This document shows positions 63,071-64,000 of a stretch of DNA of 64,000 nt, one piece after another. This DNA comes from Aggregatilineales bacterium (lineage in GTDB: Bacteria > Chloroflexota > Anaerolineae > Aggregatilineales > Phototrophicaceae). The stretch is from NCBI GenBank assembly GCA_963663435.1, contig OY760398.1, forward strand, positions 848,665 to 912,664, in the 5' to 3' direction. Below the pieces are notes generated by a model. It was not told the origin of the DNA. It did no database searches and saw only the letters and a program-made list of their open reading frames with translations. Numbering within the stretch: position 1 is the first letter of the stretch; each line of letters starts with the position of its first letter. The translations under genes were made by a program, and so were the position numbers.

Positions 63071-64000
63071 ATGACAGAACCTCTCTATCGTAGCGAGCGG
63101 CGCCAAGTCGACGGCGGCAGTTGGGCGAGCGCGCATTGGGTCAAGATCGCTGCCGACCAGCTCAAGTTTGAAGACCTGCACCCGATGAGCAGCTACGTCC
63201 GGCAGCAAGACATCGCGCGCATGCACTACGCGCGGGCGCTGGCTCGCGGCGATGAAAGCCCGCATATCCTGACCTGGACAGCCATGCAGACCGATCGCCG
63301 CGCCAGCCAACTGTTTCCGGGTCTCAGCTACGCCACCGATGACGGCGAAGAGATCATCAGCGCCAACTCTTATGTCACTTACGTTCTGCGCAAGCTGTTG
63401 GCCGAAGGCTGGCTGCACTTGCACGAATACATCAGCGATACCTATGAATGGAAGGTTGAATTGCCGCCGGAGCATGAAGACTGGCGTCCTCGCGCAGAGG
63501 CTATCGTGGGTTGGTTGGAAGAGTCGATTCAACTGGATCTATACCCTAATATAGAGCGGGGCAGCTACCAGCCGCGCGTGTTCAGCCCCTTTGACGTGGG
63601 GCACAATTTTGTCCGTATCGGCCGCTGCGATTTCATGCGGCACTTCATCCAGAACCACGAGCGCAATGCCGTCTTTAACACCTCACATTTTCTGCACGAG
63701 CATGACGACCTGATTAGCCACCATTCCGGCTATGGCGACGCTGTGGGCCTGATGGTGACGGCCAATACCATCCTGCGCCCGCCCGTGTATCGGCGCGGCG
63801 CGCTGCTCTACGACGGCGAAAGCTGGCGCATCGAGACCCTGGGCCTGGGCGATATCAGCTTGCTCTTGCCCGGCGACATCGCGCTGAGCAACCGTGACGA
63901 GGACGCCTATTCTTTCCAGGTGAATCCAGCCGAAGCGCGCGAGATAGCGCTGTACACACGCGCCGGCGGCTTGCGGCAGTCCGGGCGCCCGCTCGATCGC
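63071..64000 (+). CDS. hypothetical protein, 5' part only (runs off window end)
   Basis: Hand translation from ATG 63071 (or in-frame ATG 63062) is open to position 64000: MTEPLYRSERRQVDGGSWASAHWVKIAADQLKFEDL...ALYTRAGGLRQSGRPLDR. Absent from the ORF track because no stop is reached. Codon usage looks native. No family recognised. Confidence 0.55.
   Translation, partial: MTEPLYRSERRQVDGGSWASAHWVKIAADQLKFEDLHPMSSYVRQQDIARMHYARALARGDESPHILTWTAMQTDRRASQLFPGLSYATDDGEEIISANSYVTYVLRKLLAEGWLHLHEYISDTYEWKVELPPEHEDWRPRAEAIVGWLEESIQLDLYPNIERGSYQPRVFSPFDVGHNFVRIGRCDFMRHFIQNHERNAVFNTSHFLHEHDDLISHHSGYGDAVGLMVTANTILRPPVYRRGALLYDGESWRIETLGLGDISLLLPGDIALSNRDEDAYSFQVNPAEAREIALYTRAGGLRQSGRPLDR

Noticed and set aside
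63053-63532. 159-aa minus-strand ORF
   Set aside because: It lies antisense to an uninterrupted plus-strand frame of 310 codons that extends to the window end. Its Arg/Ala-rich shadow-type sequence also argues against it.

Overview
High-GC (about 60-65% by eye) bacterial chromosomal segment, densely coding and mostly core metabolism. The gene content suggests Terrabacteria, possibly Chloroflexota: T-box-controlled trp operon, RqcH, PSP1/RicT, LCP, PolX. That placement is inference only. Main blocks: a glycosyltransferase cluster (6.4-10 kb); purA and amidohydrolases; aspartate kinase and glnA. A 15-kb minus-strand aromatic amino-acid supraoperon follows (T-box leader, trpE-G-D-C-F-nudix-trpB-A, then aroH-tyrA-aroA-aroE-aroC-aroK/B fusion-aroQ). 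After it come polX-ligA-rlmI; aqpZ/aspS; uvrB; three tRNAs; lysA; ABC permeases; and M24 and HtrA peptidases. The best candidate for something new is a ~1.25-kb low-GC islet (53860-55103) between a tandem tRNA(CAU) pair and lysA. It encodes a small YwgA/Panacea-like winged-helix protein followed 4 nt later by a propeptide-less proteasome-beta/HslV-like threonine peptidase. The peptidase keeps intact Thr1/Asp17/Lys33/Gly47 spacing, and no partner ATPase is present in the window. The intergenic space also holds at least four unexplained repeat families. Family A is ~170-bp MITE-like elements with inverted CACAGAG arms (6 copies, two inside the trp/aro supraoperon). Family B is a 65-nt hairpin element downstream of plus-strand genes (3 copies). 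Family C is a 20-nt motif abutting stop codons (4 copies). Family D is a GC palindrome (2 copies). All function calls come from reading translated motifs by eye; no database search was run.
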